Assembly: GCA_030770535.1 (NCBI GenBank) | Contig: JASVEC010000013.1 | Coordinates: 930,001 to 994,000, forward strand | DNA length: 64,000 nucleotides | Origin: Batkoa obscura | Lineage: Eukaryota | Reading direction: 5' to 3' | Part shown: positions 63,009 through 64,000 of the stretch, piece by piece | How positions within the stretch are numbered: position 1 is the first letter of the stretch | How the letters are laid out: every line of letters begins with the position of its first letter | The notes under the pieces: model-generated | What the model was told of the DNA's origin: nothing | Database searches by the model: none | What the model saw: the letters and a program-made list of their open reading frames with translations, nothing else | Translations under genes and position numbers: made by a program

Positions 63009-64000
63009 ATGGACAAAAACAATGAAATATTAAAAATAGAAGAAGTAGAGAAGCGGGAGAGGTGGTACGATTTTATAATTGCTAAACCAAAACCAGTCCA
63101 AAATCCATTTTCAATCATTTGTAGTTTAAATAAAGCTCAAGCTTTAGCTTTTACAGCTGCATTTCTAGGTTGGTCATTAGATGCTTTTGATTTTCATTTA
63201 GTTTCTTTTGCTTTACATGATATTGGTCAAGATTTAGGTTATAGTGATACTGAAATGTCCACTGGTATAACAGTGACATTATTGTTGCGTCCCATTGGTG
63301 CTTTGATCTTTGGCTTATTGGCTGATAGATTTGGACGAAGAATACCTTTAATGATTGATGTTGTATTGTTCTCAGTCATGGGTTTATGTACTGGTTTTGT
63401 TACTAACTTAACTCAATTTATCATTATACGTGCAATCTTTGGTATTTGTATGGGCGGTGAATGGGGTTTAGGTGCTTCTTTAGCTATGGAATCTTTACCA
63501 GCAGAAGCAAGAGGGGTATTCTCTGGTATATTACAGCAAGGTTATGCAGCTGGTTACTTGTTAGCAGCCTTAGTTTATTGGGCAGTATTCCCAAATATTG
63601 GATGGCGACCTTTATTTTATATTGGTAGTTGTCCAGCTTTATTATGCATAATAATTCGATTTTTCGTACCTGAGTCTGAAGCTTGGAAACAAGAGAAAGA
63701 GAAACAAAAAGAGAAGATTGGGGGAAGTGCAAAAAGTTGGATTAAGGATGTTGCTATAGTATTTAAAAAACATTGGTTATTATGTATTCAAATGATTTTG
63801 TTTATGACTTCCATTAGTTTTATGTCCCATGGTTCTCAAGATCTTTTCCCAACTTACCTTAAAGCTCAATTAGATTATACACCTTCACAAGTATCTATTA
63901 CTGTAATTGTCCAAAATATTGGTGCTATTATTGGTGGTATATTAGTTGGTTGGTATTCCGAATATTTTGGCCGTCGACGTAGTATTGCTTTAATATGTTT
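63009..64000 (+). CDS. JEN1: MFS carboxylate:H+ symporter, Jen1 family (truncated by the window)
   Basis: FLGWSLDAFDF; LRPIGALIFGLLADRFGRR; GGEWGLG; SGILQQGYA; signature SHGSQDLFPT. Confidence 0.92.
   Translation, partial: MDKNNEILKIEEVEKRERWYDFIIAKPKPVQNPFSIICSLNKAQALAFTAAFLGWSLDAFDFHLVSFALHDIGQDLGYSDTEMSTGITVTLLLRPIGALIFGLLADRFGRRIPLMIDVVLFSVMGLCTGFVTNLTQFIIIRAIFGICMGGEWGLGASLAMESLPAEARGVFSGILQQGYAAGYLLAALVYWAVFPNIGWRPLFYIGSCPALLCIIIRFFVPESEAWKQEKEKQKEKIGGSAKSWIKDVAIVFKKHWLLCIQMILFMTSISFMSHGSQDLFPTYLKAQLDYTPSQVSITVIVQNIGAIIGGILVGWYSEYFGRRRSIALIC

Overview
This is AT-rich eukaryotic DNA from a fungus. LYS1 and JEN1 are present and introns are short GT-AG. Rhodopsin-like GPCRs and an FKBP25-like gene suggest an early-diverging lineage such as Zoopagomycota/Entomophthoromycotina (inference only). 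Bases 1-6535 are the 5' part of an apparently intact Ty3/Gypsy LTR retrotransposon on the minus strand, with a 400-bp LTR, tRNA PBS, long coiled-coil Gag, a -1 frameshift signal, and Pol (PR, degenerate dUTPase-like domain, RT, RNase H, IN). Five related solo or partial LTRs lie elsewhere, mostly with 4-bp TSDs. A Sola2-like DDD DNA transposon occurs twice (6607-8835 and a hypermutated, nested copy from 29865). It has about 14 matching ~96-bp MITEs with ATAT target duplications, alongside other MITE and foldback families. Repeat copies show strong C>T/G>A decay resembling RIP. Host genes are a CYP450, a PHD protein, two GPCRs, a fungal TF-like protein, an acyl-CoA synthetase pseudogene, DOM34, a USP, RPS2, LYS1, RAD50, ISY1, an FKBP25-like PPIase, HELLS/IRC5, an ankyrin protein, a secreted intronless agmatine deiminase and JEN1. 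All calls come from reading motifs by eye; no database search was run.
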